Shown: positions 10,219-19,412 of the stretch, piece after piece
How positions within the stretch are numbered: position 1 is the first letter of the stretch
How the letters are laid out: every line of letters begins with the position of its first letter
Source: an uncultured delta proteobacterium
GTDB taxonomy: Bacteria > Desulfobacterota > Syntrophorhabdia > Syntrophorhabdales > WCHB1-27
DNA: 64,000 nucleotides
Direction: 5' to 3'
NCBI GenBank assembly: GCA_963810935.1
Contig: CAWEPK010000003.1
Location: 96,001 to 160,000, forward strand
The notes under the pieces: generated by a model
Database searches by the model: none
What the model was told of the DNA's origin: nothing
Seen by the model: only the letters and a program-made list of their open reading frames with translations
Translations under genes and position numbers: made by a program

Positions 10219-11619
10219 CTACCCATACCTGGTTATCCTATACTTCTTCATAAGTGCATAGAGCCTGGGCCTGGACAGCCCGGATATCCTGCAGGCTTCC
10301 CTTATGTTGCTGCCCGCTATGCTCATAAGGTCTTCAAGGTACTGCCTTTCCGCCTCTTGTAAGGCAGACTCCCTGAACCCCTTCAAAGGAGGAAGGGGTG
10401 AAGAAGGGGCACTCTCTTTAGCAGGCAGGTGGGTCTCTTTGGTCACAGACGCCCTTGCCAGGCTCACTCTTATATGGGTAGGCAGGTGCTTGGGGAACAA
10501 GGTAGGCTCATGCCTTGCCATGGTAAGGGCCCTTTCTATGGCATTTACCAGCTCCCGCACGTTCCCCGGCCACTCATAGGTAGACAGGGAGTCCAAAAAC
10601 TCAGGCGCAAACCCCTTGGTCCCTATGCCGTATCTCTCGGAGAGCTTTGCCATGTGGTACATGACAAGCTCCCTTATATCTTCCTTCCTCTCCCTTAGAG
10701 GGGGCAGGTCTATGGTAAAGGTCTGGAGACGGAAGAGAAGGTCCCTCCTGAAGTGGTGGGACTCGACCATCTCATCCAGGTTCCTGTTCGTAGCAGCCAC
10801 CAGCCTGAAGTCCGACTCTATCTCCTTCTTCGAGCCGACGGGCCTGAACCTGTGCTCCTGCAATACCCTTAAGAAGGCCTTCTGTATGACAGGGGGCAGC
10901 TCTCCCACCTCATCTAAGAAGAGGGTGCCCCCGTGCGCCTGCCTGACAAGGCCGTCCTGGTCCTTATCGGCCCCTGTGAAGGCCCCCTTCTCATAGCCGA
11001 ACAGGGTGCTCTCTACCAGTGTCTTAGGCAAGGCTGTGCAGTCTACGACAACGAAGTTCTTATTGGCCCTCGGGGAGTTCTCGTGTATGGCCCTGGCGAA
11101 CAACTCCTTGCCTGTGCCCGTCTCCCCTATGATTAAGACCGAGGCGTCGGAGTTTGCCGCCTGGGCTAAAACATCGAAGCAGCTTCGCATCCTGGGGGAG
11201 GAGCCTATGATGCCCTCCCACTTCAAGGCAACCGCAGGCTTCCTTGCCCTCTTTTCTTCCCTGTACTGCAATGCCCTTAAGAAGGGGAGCATCATCTCCT
11301 TTATCGATGACGGCTTCTCTATGTAGTCCCATGCCCCGTTCTTGATGGCAAGCTCCGCCCCGTCCGGGTCTCCATAGCCGGTCATTATGATAACCTCGGG
11401 AGGGGGGCTTATCTCTCTTATCTTGGGAAGGATGTCCAGGCCTGAGCCGTCAGGCATGCGGATATCGAGGAAGACTATGTCGAAGCTGTCTTTGGAAAGC
11501 TGCCTCATCCCGTCGGTCAGGGTATGCGCCGATTGGGCATCGTGACCTGTCCTATGCACCATGCTTGAGAGCATGTCGCACATGACCACATCGTCATCGA
11601 TGATCATTACGTGGGCCAT
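10219..11619 (-). CDS. Sigma54-dependent response regulator (REC-AAA+-Fis HTH), no adjacent kinase
   Basis: Start MAHVMIIDDD; GETGTGKE, GAFTGA, WPGNVREL; C-terminal HTH ACRISGLSRPRLY. Confidence 0.93.
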   Translation of the reverse strand: MAHVMIIDDDVVMCDMLSSMVHRTGHDAQSAHTLTDGMRQLSKDSFDIVFLDIRMPDGSGLDILPKIREISPPPEVIIMTGYGDPDGAELAIKNGAWDYIEKPSSIKEMMLPFLRALQYREEKRARKPAVALKWEGIIGSSPRMRSCFDVLAQAANSDASVLIIGETGTGKELFARAIHENSPRANKNFVVVDCTALPKTLVESTLFGYEKGAFTGADKDQDGLVRQAHGGTLFLDEVGELPPVIQKAFLRVLQEHRFRPVGSKKEIESDFRLVAATNRNLDEMVESHHFRRDLLFRLQTFTIDLPPLRERKEDIRELVMYHMAKLSERYGIGTKGFAPEFLDSLSTYEWPGNVRELVNAIERALTMARHEPTLFPKHLPTHIRVSLARASVTKETHLPAKESAPSSPLPPLKGFRESALQEAERQYLEDLMSIAGSNIREACRISGLSRPRLYALMKKYRITRYG

Positions 11620-11764
11620 AGTCTTGGGGTCAGGATTTCTGTCCGGTACTGCGTTACACTTAATTAGCGAAACGGAATAAGTATAATTGTATAGTAGTAT
11701 TGCGGTTCTGACAATGAGAATTTTGCGGTTGAGCGCGGGTTGCGCGCCGTTTGCCGGAGGGATA

Positions 11765-12673
11765 GTGAAGGTAAGCAACGAGAAGCGGCTCGTATGGGCC
11801 ATGGTCGTCACGTTCGTCGTGCTTTTCGCCGAGCTTGTCGGCGGCATGGTCGCCAACAGTCTGGCCTTGCTGGGAGACGCGGGCCACGTGCTCACCGACG
11901 TCCTTGCCCTGGCCTTAAGCCTCATTGCGGTGTACGTGGGCAAGCGGCCGTCCGACTACAGGGCCACGTACGGCTACCAGCGCATCGGGATACTTGCCGC
12001 CCTCATTAACGGATCGACCCTTGTGGTCATCTCGCTTTTTATCTTTATCGAGACATATAAGCGCTTCTTTGCTCCTCCGGCAGTCGATTCCGGGCTTATG
12101 CTCATTGTGGCGGTCACCGGCCTCGTGGGGAATTTCATCATGGCGCGCCTCATCGGGTCGGACCATGCCGACCTTAACATGAAAAGCGCCCGCCTCCACG
12201 TGATAGGCGACATGCTGACCTCCGTCGGCGTCATCGCGGCAGGAGTCGTGATCCATTTTACAGGCTGGCGCCTGGCCGACCCGATTGCCGGCGCGGTCGT
12301 CGGCGTCGTCATAATCTACGGGGGCTGGCGGGTCATCAAGGAGGCCCTGTGGGTCTTCCTCGAGCTTTCTCCCCTCGGGTTTCACGCGGAGGAGATATCG
12401 AAGGCGATCTGCGGGATGGAGCACGTCCTGGGCGTGCACGATATTCACATCTGGTCCATAGGGCACGGGGTGCCCGCCTTCTCCGCGCACGTTCTCTTGA
12501 ACGACAGGAAGATAAGCGAGACGGACGAAGTGAGGCGGGCGATCGAAGAGAAGCTCGCTTCCTTAGGGATCAGGCATACGGTCCTGCAGATGGAGTGCGC
12601 GGAATGCCAGACAAACGGCCTTTATTGCCAGATCGCGGGCCCGGAAGAGGTAGATCTACACCACCATAATTGA
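11765..12673 (+). CDS. Cation diffusion facilitator (CzcD/ZitB-like)
   Basis: SLALLGDAGHVLTD, LHVIGD, VHDIHIWS; GTG start after GGAGG; Cys/His-rich tail. Confidence 0.92.
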   Translation: MKVSNEKRLVWAMVVTFVVLFAELVGGMVANSLALLGDAGHVLTDVLALALSLIAVYVGKRPSDYRATYGYQRIGILAALINGSTLVVISLFIFIETYKRFFAPPAVDSGLMLIVAVTGLVGNFIMARLIGSDHADLNMKSARLHVIGDMLTSVGVIAAGVVIHFTGWRLADPIAGAVVGVVIIYGGWRVIKEALWVFLELSPLGFHAEEISKAICGMEHVLGVHDIHIWSIGHGVPAFSAHVLLNDRKISETDEVRRAIEEKLASLGIRHTVLQMECAECQTNGLYCQIAGPEEVDLHHHN

Positions 12674-12676
12674 AAT

Positions 12677-12838
12677 GGGGCGGGTTGGCCGGTCGGGTCG
12701 GGGCACTCGCTTTGCAGGCCGCGCTAAGCGGTCGCGAAGTGGGTCGCGCGCCTTTCGCGTCGTTTTCTCGGCGCGAGTCCTCACGTACCAACTACGTACG
12801 CTGCGGCTCGCCTCCCTCCGGCCGGCCAACCCGCCCAG
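12677..12838. repeat. Palindromic REP/MITE-like intergenic element, family 2 copy 1
   Basis: Terminal IR gggcgggttggccgg / ccggccaacccgccc; ~65 nt core shared with 37359-37425. Confidence 0.7.
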
Positions 12839-12925
12839 CACACCCTATCCGGCTTGACAATTGGCGCCGATTCGATAAAACTAGAATAGGGGAAATGCTT
12901 TGATGATGCAAAGCGAAGGTGAAAC

Positions 12926-13774
12926 ATGAACCAGGCAAAGACATTCCTGCTGATGGTCGTGCTGACCGTCATACTCGTGGGCCTCGGCAGCATGATCGGA
13001 GGAAATAACGGGGCGGCCCTGGCGTTCGTGGTTGCCCTCGGGATCAATATGGTCAGCTACTGGTTCAGCGACAGGATAGTGCTCGCCATGTACCACGCGC
13101 AGCAGGTCAGCGAAAGCGAGGCGCCCGAGCTGTACAATATCGTGGCGACTTTGGCGCAGCGCGCGTCGCTGCCGATGCCGAAGGTATATATAATCGATAG
13201 CGACAGCCCGAACGCCTTCGCGACGGGCAGGAACCCCGAGCACGCGGTGGTCGCGGTCACTACGGCCATTATGCGGGTCCTCAACAGGCAGGAGCTGGAA
13301 GGCGTGCTTGCCCATGAGCTGTCCCACGTGAAGAACCGGGACATATTGATATCGACTATTGCGGCGGCCCTCGCAGGCGCCATCACCATGCTCGCCAGTT
13401 GGGCAAGGTTCTCGCTCTTCTTCGGAGGCAGGGACGACGACGAAGGCGGCGGGAATATCGTGAGCGTAATTATCTTTTCCATAGTCGCGGCCTTCGCGGC
13501 AATGCTGATCCAGCTTGCCATTTCGAGGTCCAGGGAGTACATGGCCGATGCCGGCGGCGCGCACCTCGCGGGCAACCCGCTTTTCCTTGCGAACGCCCTG
13601 CGCCGCCTCGATAGCGCGGTGGCCCGCAGCCCCATGCCGGACGCCAACCCGTCCACGGCCCACATGTTTATCGTCAACCCCTTTTCCGCAAAAGGGATCG
13701 TCTCCCTTTTCAGCACGCATCCGCCCATGGAAGAACGGATAAAGCGGCTGGAGGAGATGGCCCATAGACGATAA
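12926..13774 (+). CDS. htpX: Zinc metalloprotease HtpX
   Basis: PNAFATG, HELSH, SRSREY.AD, FSTHPP. Confidence 0.95.
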   Translation: MNQAKTFLLMVVLTVILVGLGSMIGGNNGAALAFVVALGINMVSYWFSDRIVLAMYHAQQVSESEAPELYNIVATLAQRASLPMPKVYIIDSDSPNAFATGRNPEHAVVAVTTAIMRVLNRQELEGVLAHELSHVKNRDILISTIAAALAGAITMLASWARFSLFFGGRDDDEGGGNIVSVIIFSIVAAFAAMLIQLAISRSREYMADAGGAHLAGNPLFLANALRRLDSAVARSPMPDANPSTAHMFIVNPFSAKGIVSLFSTHPPMEERIKRLEEMAHRR

Positions 13775-13817
13775 TTTCCGCGCCGTCCGCTCCCTCTGCC
13801 TGAAGATCGTCAAAGAG

Positions 13818-15044
13818 GTGGAGGAAGGCAGCCTGCTCGACGAGGCCATCGACAGGAACTTTTTGCGCTCAGCCCCGCTCGCTACGTACAAGCCGCTGAT
13901 ATACGAGATCGCGTCCGGCGTTGTCCGGTGGAGGCTCTACCTCGACTGGGTGCTCTCCCGGCTTGCAAAGGAAGGCGTCAAAAAAGACGTCCGCCGGCTC
14001 CTGTGGATGGGCCTTTACCAGATCCTTTTCATGAAGAAGGCGGCCTACCACGTAGTCAACGAGACGGTGGAATACGCCAAGGCAGAGAAAGGCGCGGGCG
14101 TGGCCGGCTTCGTCAACGCAGTATTGAGGCGTGCGATAAGAGAGAAAGACGCGCTTGCCGCCGCCTTGCCGCCCGATCCCGTCGCACGCATGTCGATCGA
14201 ATACAGCTTCCCCGAATGGCTTGCGGCAAGATGGAACAAACGGTTCGGCACTGAGGCCGCCCGCGGCCTCCTCGCGAACCTGAATAAAAGTCCCTCGTTC
14301 GCGCTTCGGGTCGACGCGCGCAAAATCACCCGTGAAGAGGCGGCAGGCATGATCGCCGGCTTGGGGATAGTGGTCGAAAAGGGGCGCTTCGCCCCGCAGG
14401 CCCTTAGGATCGACAAAATCGGCCCGCTCATCGAAAGCGGCCTTCTCGAAAAGCACCTCTTCTGCGTGCAGGATGAGGCATCGCAACTGGCGGGGCTCGC
14501 AGTCGCGCCAGCCCCCGGCGACCTTGTCCTCGACGCATGCGCGGGGCAGGGGACGAAGACGGGCCAGATCAGGGAGGCATGGTCCGAGGCGCGCATCATT
14601 GCAATGGACATAGACGGCGCAAAGCTGCGCAGCGTACGGGAAACACGTTGTATCGTCCGGGGCGACGCGCTGAAAAGTCCCTTCAAAAAAGGCAGGTTTG
14701 ATAGTATACTCCTTGATGCCCCCTGCTCGTCTCTCGGGATCGTGAGGAAGCACCCGGAGGTGAAATGGAGGCGGACCGAAAAGGACATCGCCGCGTTCGG
14801 CAATCTCCAGGCGCGGATGCTGAAGGAAGCGCATGAGTTGCTTAAGGAAGGAGGCCGTCTCGTTTACAGCGTCTGCTCTTTTGAGCCGGAGGAAACGACG
14901 GACGTAATGGAGAAAGTGATAAAAGAAGGACTGTTTGCGCCGGAGCCGCCATTGCCCGAAATCAGCGGGGAGGCATATTTTGTGTCCCTGCCGCACGTGT
15001 CGGGGATGGACGGTTTTTTCATCGCGAGGCTCAGGAAAGCATGA
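13818..15044 (+). CDS. rsmB: 16S rRNA m5C967 methyltransferase RsmB/Sun (true start probably ~13764)
   Basis: NusB-like N-terminus, QDEASQL, DACAGQGTKT, DAPCS, YSVCS, DGFFIA. Confidence 0.9.
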   Translation: MEEGSLLDEAIDRNFLRSAPLATYKPLIYEIASGVVRWRLYLDWVLSRLAKEGVKKDVRRLLWMGLYQILFMKKAAYHVVNETVEYAKAEKGAGVAGFVNAVLRRAIREKDALAAALPPDPVARMSIEYSFPEWLAARWNKRFGTEAARGLLANLNKSPSFALRVDARKITREEAAGMIAGLGIVVEKGRFAPQALRIDKIGPLIESGLLEKHLFCVQDEASQLAGLAVAPAPGDLVLDACAGQGTKTGQIREAWSEARIIAMDIDGAKLRSVRETRCIVRGDALKSPFKKGRFDSILLDAPCSSLGIVRKHPEVKWRRTEKDIAAFGNLQARMLKEAHELLKEGGRLVYSVCSFEPEETTDVMEKVIKEGLFAPEPPLPEISGEAYFVSLPHVSGMDGFFIARLRKA

Positions 15045-15752
15045 GGCTCCTAACACTCCTGTTTTATGCAGCCGCCTGCGTGCTTGTATTCGTCCTTGCC
15101 GTCTCTTTCACCATAAGGCTCGTGCTCCTCGACGAGCGGACCATCACGTGCCCGGAGTCTGACCGGCCTGGATATAGAGGAGGCAAAGTCGGTGGCTGCC
15201 CAAAGCGGCCTTCCCCTCGTAGTCAGCAAGTATGAAAAAAGGAAGGACATCGCATACAACCGGGTCATACTCCAGAACCCCGACGCGGGCGTGCCCGTGA
15301 GGTCGGGAAGGACCGTGACTGTCCTCCTCGCGGACGGTCCGATGATGGCGATCATCCCCGCGTTCGTCGGCCTCTCCCTGGACGCAGCCGGGGCGGCACT
15401 TCAGCAGCAGGGCATGAAGCTCCGGAAGGTGATCTACGTGCCGAGCGGAGAGGCGAACCGCGTGCTGGCCCAGGTGCCGGAAAGCGGGGAAAACATCCTC
15501 GACCCGGACGGAATCGTGCTCGTCGTCGGCACAAAGGGCAAGCGCTTCTATGTTATGCCGGAGATCGCCCCCGGCGACTACGCGGCTGCTGTGAAGGAAT
15601 TGGACCTGAAACAGATCAGGCACGTGCAGGTGCCGACCGGGCGGCCGGACGGCCCGCCCGCCGGCCCTCTCAAGACGAACATCCTTCCCAAGACCATATT
15701 CAAAGACGACGACATGCTCGAATTGCTGCCGGGCAGCGGAGGACAAAAATGA
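15041..15752 (+). CDS. Membrane-anchored PASTA-domain protein; +1 frameshift near 15158
   Basis: N-terminal TM helix, then P.LTGLDIEEA...VILQNP.AG and IPAFVGLSL...VLAQVP PASTA repeats. Confidence 0.78.
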
Positions 15753-16411
15753 AAGTGTCTATAGCGCCTTCCATCCTCTCGGCCGATTTTGCAAGGTTAG
15801 GAGAGGAGATCAAGGCCGTGGAGGCAGCCGGCGCGGATGTAGTGCACATCGACGTGATGGACGGCCATTTCGTGCCGAACATTACGATAGGACCGGCGGT
15901 TGTCGGGGCGGCAAGGAGAGTCACCAGGTTAGCCCTCGACGTCCACCTCATGATCGAGCACCCTGAATCGTTCGTGGACGCCTTCGCGGACGCGGGGGCC
16001 GACATCATTACGGTGCACGTCGAGACGGGTTACCACCACCAGAGGACGCTCAGCCTGATACGCTCCCTCGGCAAGAAGGCGGGCCTTGCGCTCAACCCCG
16101 GCACCCCCCTTAGCGCAGTCACGGAGCTTCTGCCCGATATCGACCTCCTGCTCGTGATGTCGGTCAATCCCGGTTTCGGCGGCCAGGCGTATATCCCGTC
16201 GTCGACGAAGAAGATAGCGGCGGCCAGGCGCATGCTCAATGCCGCGAAATCGAAAGCCGTCCTCGAGGTTGACGGCGGCATAAAGGTGGACAACGCGCAA
16301 GTAGCCGCAAAGGCGGGCGCAACCATGCTCGTCATGGGAAGCGGCCTCTTCGAGAGCAAAGACTACAAAACGAGGATGCAGGAGGTGCGCAAGGTGCTTA
16401 AATGGAAATAG
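15749..16411 (+). CDS. rpe: Ribulose-phosphate 3-epimerase
   Basis: APSILSADF, HIDVMDGHFVPN, MSVNPGFGGQ, EVDGG. Confidence 0.97.
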   Translation: MKVSIAPSILSADFARLGEEIKAVEAAGADVVHIDVMDGHFVPNITIGPAVVGAARRVTRLALDVHLMIEHPESFVDAFADAGADIITVHVETGYHHQRTLSLIRSLGKKAGLALNPGTPLSAVTELLPDIDLLLVMSVNPGFGGQAYIPSSTKKIAAARRMLNAAKSKAVLEVDGGIKVDNAQVAAKAGATMLVMGSGLFESKDYKTRMQEVRKVLKWK

Positions 16412-17043
16412 CGCGGCAGAAGGCGTACCGCAAGACCTTCGACCTTGCATGCGCCACCCTCGCCGGGCTGCCCGTAGAAGAGCAGACGGCGAAGGCCGGC
16501 CTTTCCCTTTCCAAACAAGGCGACGCCTATGTCATATCCGTACCCTCTTTCGACGAGACCATAGAGCTTGCAGTGCCCGGTTTCTCGTTCACAAGCACGA
16601 AGGGCTCGAACATCACCCTAACGGCGAAGATCATTATCCTGCATTACCTGATCAACGCGTCGGGCATGCCCTTAGGGGCAGGGCTCGTGCCGTATGAAGA
16701 CGTCCGCGGCTGCCGCTCCTACCTGCCCGTCTTTGAGCGCAGGGTGGTCAAGCCGCTGCTTAACGCCTTCGGCTTCGCCAGAGACGCGTTCAATGATGCG
16801 GGCAGCGCGCTAGGCGGCAAGCAGGAAGAATACGGCAACGCCTCTTTCACGCTATCAGCCTTCCCAAGGCTCCCGATCACCTTCATCCTATGGGAAGGCG
16901 ACCAGGACTTCCCACCCGCCATAAAAGTACTTTTCGACAAATCGATCGACACCTACGTGCCCCTGGAAGACATAGTAGTGGTCTCGAAAATGGCGGCGAC
17001 GAGATTGTTGAAGAGTGCGCGCAAGGTGCTTGAGGCGGAGTAA
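16402..17043 (+). CDS. DUF3786 domain protein
   Basis: IIILHYL, FPRLP...LWEGDQDFP...LFD pattern. Confidence 0.8.
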   Translation: MEIARQKAYRKTFDLACATLAGLPVEEQTAKAGLSLSKQGDAYVISVPSFDETIELAVPGFSFTSTKGSNITLTAKIIILHYLINASGMPLGAGLVPYEDVRGCRSYLPVFERRVVKPLLNAFGFARDAFNDAGSALGGKQEEYGNASFTLSAFPRLPITFILWEGDQDFPPAIKVLFDKSIDTYVPLEDIVVVSKMAATRLLKSARKVLEAE

Positions 17044-17343
17044 AGTGTAAAAGCGTGCGTGGTGGGTGGCTGGACTGGCCGCATGAAGGATACGTCCCTA
17101 TGCGGCGCCCTGCTCGCCTTGCGCCCTCTGACTTACCACCCCCATGCACCGTGGTTCCTTTCAGCACTCCGGGAACGTAGGGGCACCCGGCAAACCTACT
17201 TTTAACTGATAGGCCCGGTCAGCAAGGCTCCCATTGCATCCGCATATGAAGCATCCTCCATGCGGCTCCTCCGGCCACGGCCGCCGCAACCGAATAAAGC
17301 GCATTTATAAGGCGGCGGCAAGAGCGGGCTGTACGACATCCAT
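17042..17343 (+). repeat. Modular intergenic repeat, family 1 copy A
   Basis: Aligns block-wise with reverse complement of 18353-18678 and with 21435-21597 (core gggcacccggcaaacctacttt.aactga). Confidence 0.8.
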
Positions 17344-17590
17344 GTTAGATTAGGCACTGCTAACACAAGTCAATTCAATCCGCTGTCCTGAATGATAGCA
17401 GATTGCCGATCGAAACAAAGAGCCGTTTTCCGTGCTTTTTTGTTGTTATTTCTCTTTGATGGGTCTATAGTGACAAAAAGGCCTAAAACCAGTGAACAAT
17501 AAAAGAAAAAGATAAATGGGGCCCAGTGTCATCGTCGCAGTTCTTCTTGGTGGTGAAGCCTTCTCGCCATAGTCGCAAATGGAGGGAGGA

Positions 17591-18211
17591 ATGGAAAAGT
17601 TCTTACAGCAAATTCTGGGAAAGCTGCTCAGACTTGAGGACGGCGAGAAGAGAAAGAGACTTGCCGCGCTTTACGCCAATGGTAAGACGTTAGATGTTGG
17701 CATGACTCAAAGTCCGAATGAACGTTTAACGGGGGATCATGTGGTCGGTTTGGACGTGGTGGTTCCAGCGCACCTCCCCAAAAACTATTCCAGGTTCATA
17801 CAAGGGGATTGCACACACCTCAACGCGGTGCTCCAAGGCGAAACGTTTGATACAATAATAGCATTGGAAGTGATTGAACATTTGCCCGATTGGGTCGAGT
17901 TTTTTAGGCAAGCGCATGAATGTCTTAACCTAAATGGGAAATTCATCGTTTCCACTCCCAGCCCCGTCTTATGGCGAACGGTCTTGGCGAATGGCCTTTT
18001 TCCAAAAGGAATATCCTTTAGCGGAAGGGGGGTTGACGGTAAAATAGCGTGCAAACCGTGGTATGGGCACGTAATATTGCATCAACCGCGTATCTTGAAC
18101 GCCGTAGCCCAAGAACTGGGATTCAAACTTCTGGAAGTACGAAATTCCTCCGAATCCTGCTCGCTTCCGTTCCTTCAAAAGAACCTGTTGTTTGCGTACG
18201 TAAAGCATTAA
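17591..18211 (+). CDS. Class I SAM-dependent methyltransferase, low-GC
   Basis: LDVG, VVGLD, IQGD, FDTIIALEVIEHL motifs; SD GGAGG before ATG 17591; visibly AT-richer than neighbours. Confidence 0.8.
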   Translation: MEKFLQQILGKLLRLEDGEKRKRLAALYANGKTLDVGMTQSPNERLTGDHVVGLDVVVPAHLPKNYSRFIQGDCTHLNAVLQGETFDTIIALEVIEHLPDWVEFFRQAHECLNLNGKFIVSTPSPVLWRTVLANGLFPKGISFSGRGVDGKIACKPWYGHVILHQPRILNAVAQELGFKLLEVRNSSESCSLPFLQKNLLFAYVKH

Positions 18212-18352
18212 CCTTTGTTCTTGTTGAATACGGCTCCAAATCTTCTAATTTTATGTGAAAGGCTATTTCATTTGTTTCAGGAAGGACTTCTTACATGACC
18301 CGACATTGTCCAATAGACTGAATATCTGCTCTTACGCTTTTAACGCATCACT

Positions 18353-18678
18353 ATGGATACGGTATCCCCTGCTCTTACCGCCGCCAAAGGGATGCGCAAC
18401 GTAGCTGCTCCGTTAGCGGCGGTCGCGGCCGGAGGAGCGCCTCAAGGGGTTGCGATATGTGGATGCCATGTGAAGTGCGTCGGCCGGAGGCATACGCATG
18501 TACGTCGTAGGGCACGCGCTGAGCAGGGCGCCGCATCCTTCATATCAGTCGAAAGTAGGTTTGCCGGGTGCCCGCACGGTCGAAAGCGTGTTGAAAAGGT
18601 ACCACCGTGCATGCGGGTGGTCCGCAGTAGGCGCGAGTCCAGCCGCCCGCGTTACTCCGCAGTTGCTTTTCGCCTTTT
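18353..18678 (-). repeat. Modular intergenic repeat, family 1 copy C (inverted relative to A)
   Basis: tatcagtcgaaagtaggtttgccgggtgccc at 18543-18573 is the near-exact reverse complement of the copy A core; further blocks align. Confidence 0.8.
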
Positions 18679-18728
18679 CCGCCGTTTGTCGCTGTCCGCC
18701 GTGGGTGTCGCCTGCCCGCCCGCCCGGC

Positions 18729-19280
18729 TCAGACCGCTGTCACCTCTACCGTGCTCGCTTGCGGGCCTTTCTCCCCCTCTTCTTCTGCAAAGCGGACCTC
18801 CGAGCCTGGTTTCAGCTTTTCGAACCCGCCCCCGAGGACGCTGTTCCTGTGAAAATAGACTTCCCTGCCTTCTCTCGTTACGATGAAGCCGTAGCCCTCC
18901 CTTTGGGAGAGGGTGTTCACCACGCCGCGCTCCGGCCGCAGATCGCGCTTGACGATCCCCTGGACCTCACGCGAGTATTCGACGAGCCTCCGTTCCATGG
19001 CGTCGAAGGCGTCCTCTATAGCGGCATAGACGTCCTCATGGGCGTGGTCGAGGAGCGGGTCCCGGTTTACGACCAACTCGGCACCTGGCACCGTAATATC
19101 GACCTGTGCCTGGAATATCTTGCCCTTTCTCTGGCGGCGCTGCGGCACGTCGATCACGACGCGGCCGCCTATGATCTCCGGGTGGAGGCGGTCGAGCTTA
19201 TCTGCGCGCTCCTTGATCTTCGACTCGACTGAATCGGAATGGTCCGTGTGACGGAACGTTATCTGGAGTGGAACCTTCAT
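18729..19280 (-). CDS. HPF/RaiA ribosome-associated domain fused to cold-shock domain
   Basis: QITFRH...DVYAAIEDAFDAMERRL, then GYGFI...EVYFHRNSV...KGPQAS. Confidence 0.88.
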   Translation of the reverse strand: MKVPLQITFRHTDHSDSVESKIKERADKLDRLHPEIIGGRVVIDVPQRRQRKGKIFQAQVDITVPGAELVVNRDPLLDHAHEDVYAAIEDAFDAMERRLVEYSREVQGIVKRDLRPERGVVNTLSQREGYGFIVTREGREVYFHRNSVLGGGFEKLKPGSEVRFAEEEGEKGPQASTVEVTAV

Positions 19281-19412
19281 CCTTGTTTACCACCTTTAAG
19301 AGATTTTAACTTGTAAGGAATATAATTCGGGGCAGACCGGGCGTCAACGAGGACTTTCGGACGGGTGATTCTGCCGCGCTGTATCTTTAAATACTGCGCT
19401 GGAAATGTTAGG

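Noticed and set aside
11620..11943. N-terminal extension of the 574-aa regulator ORF (likewise the 545-aa TolC and 519-aa GlmM ORFs)
   Set aside because: Spurious upstream starts overlapping other genes or promoters; the domains begin at 11619, 50622 and 61069
17042..17343. Group II intron end or IS200/605 omega-RNA
   Set aside because: The cctact similarity is too short; no domain V, RT, TnpB or IscB is present
17340..18260. Integron cassette (attC) around the methyltransferase
   Set aside because: GTTAGAT at ~17344 fits GTTRRRY, but no matching RYYYAAC inverse core, attC hairpin or integrase was found
18353..19232. Plus-strand ORFs of 177 and 244 aa
   Set aside because: They run through a non-coding repeat and antisense to the HPF-CSD gene; typical GC-rich shadow ORFs, like most overlapping ORFs in the track
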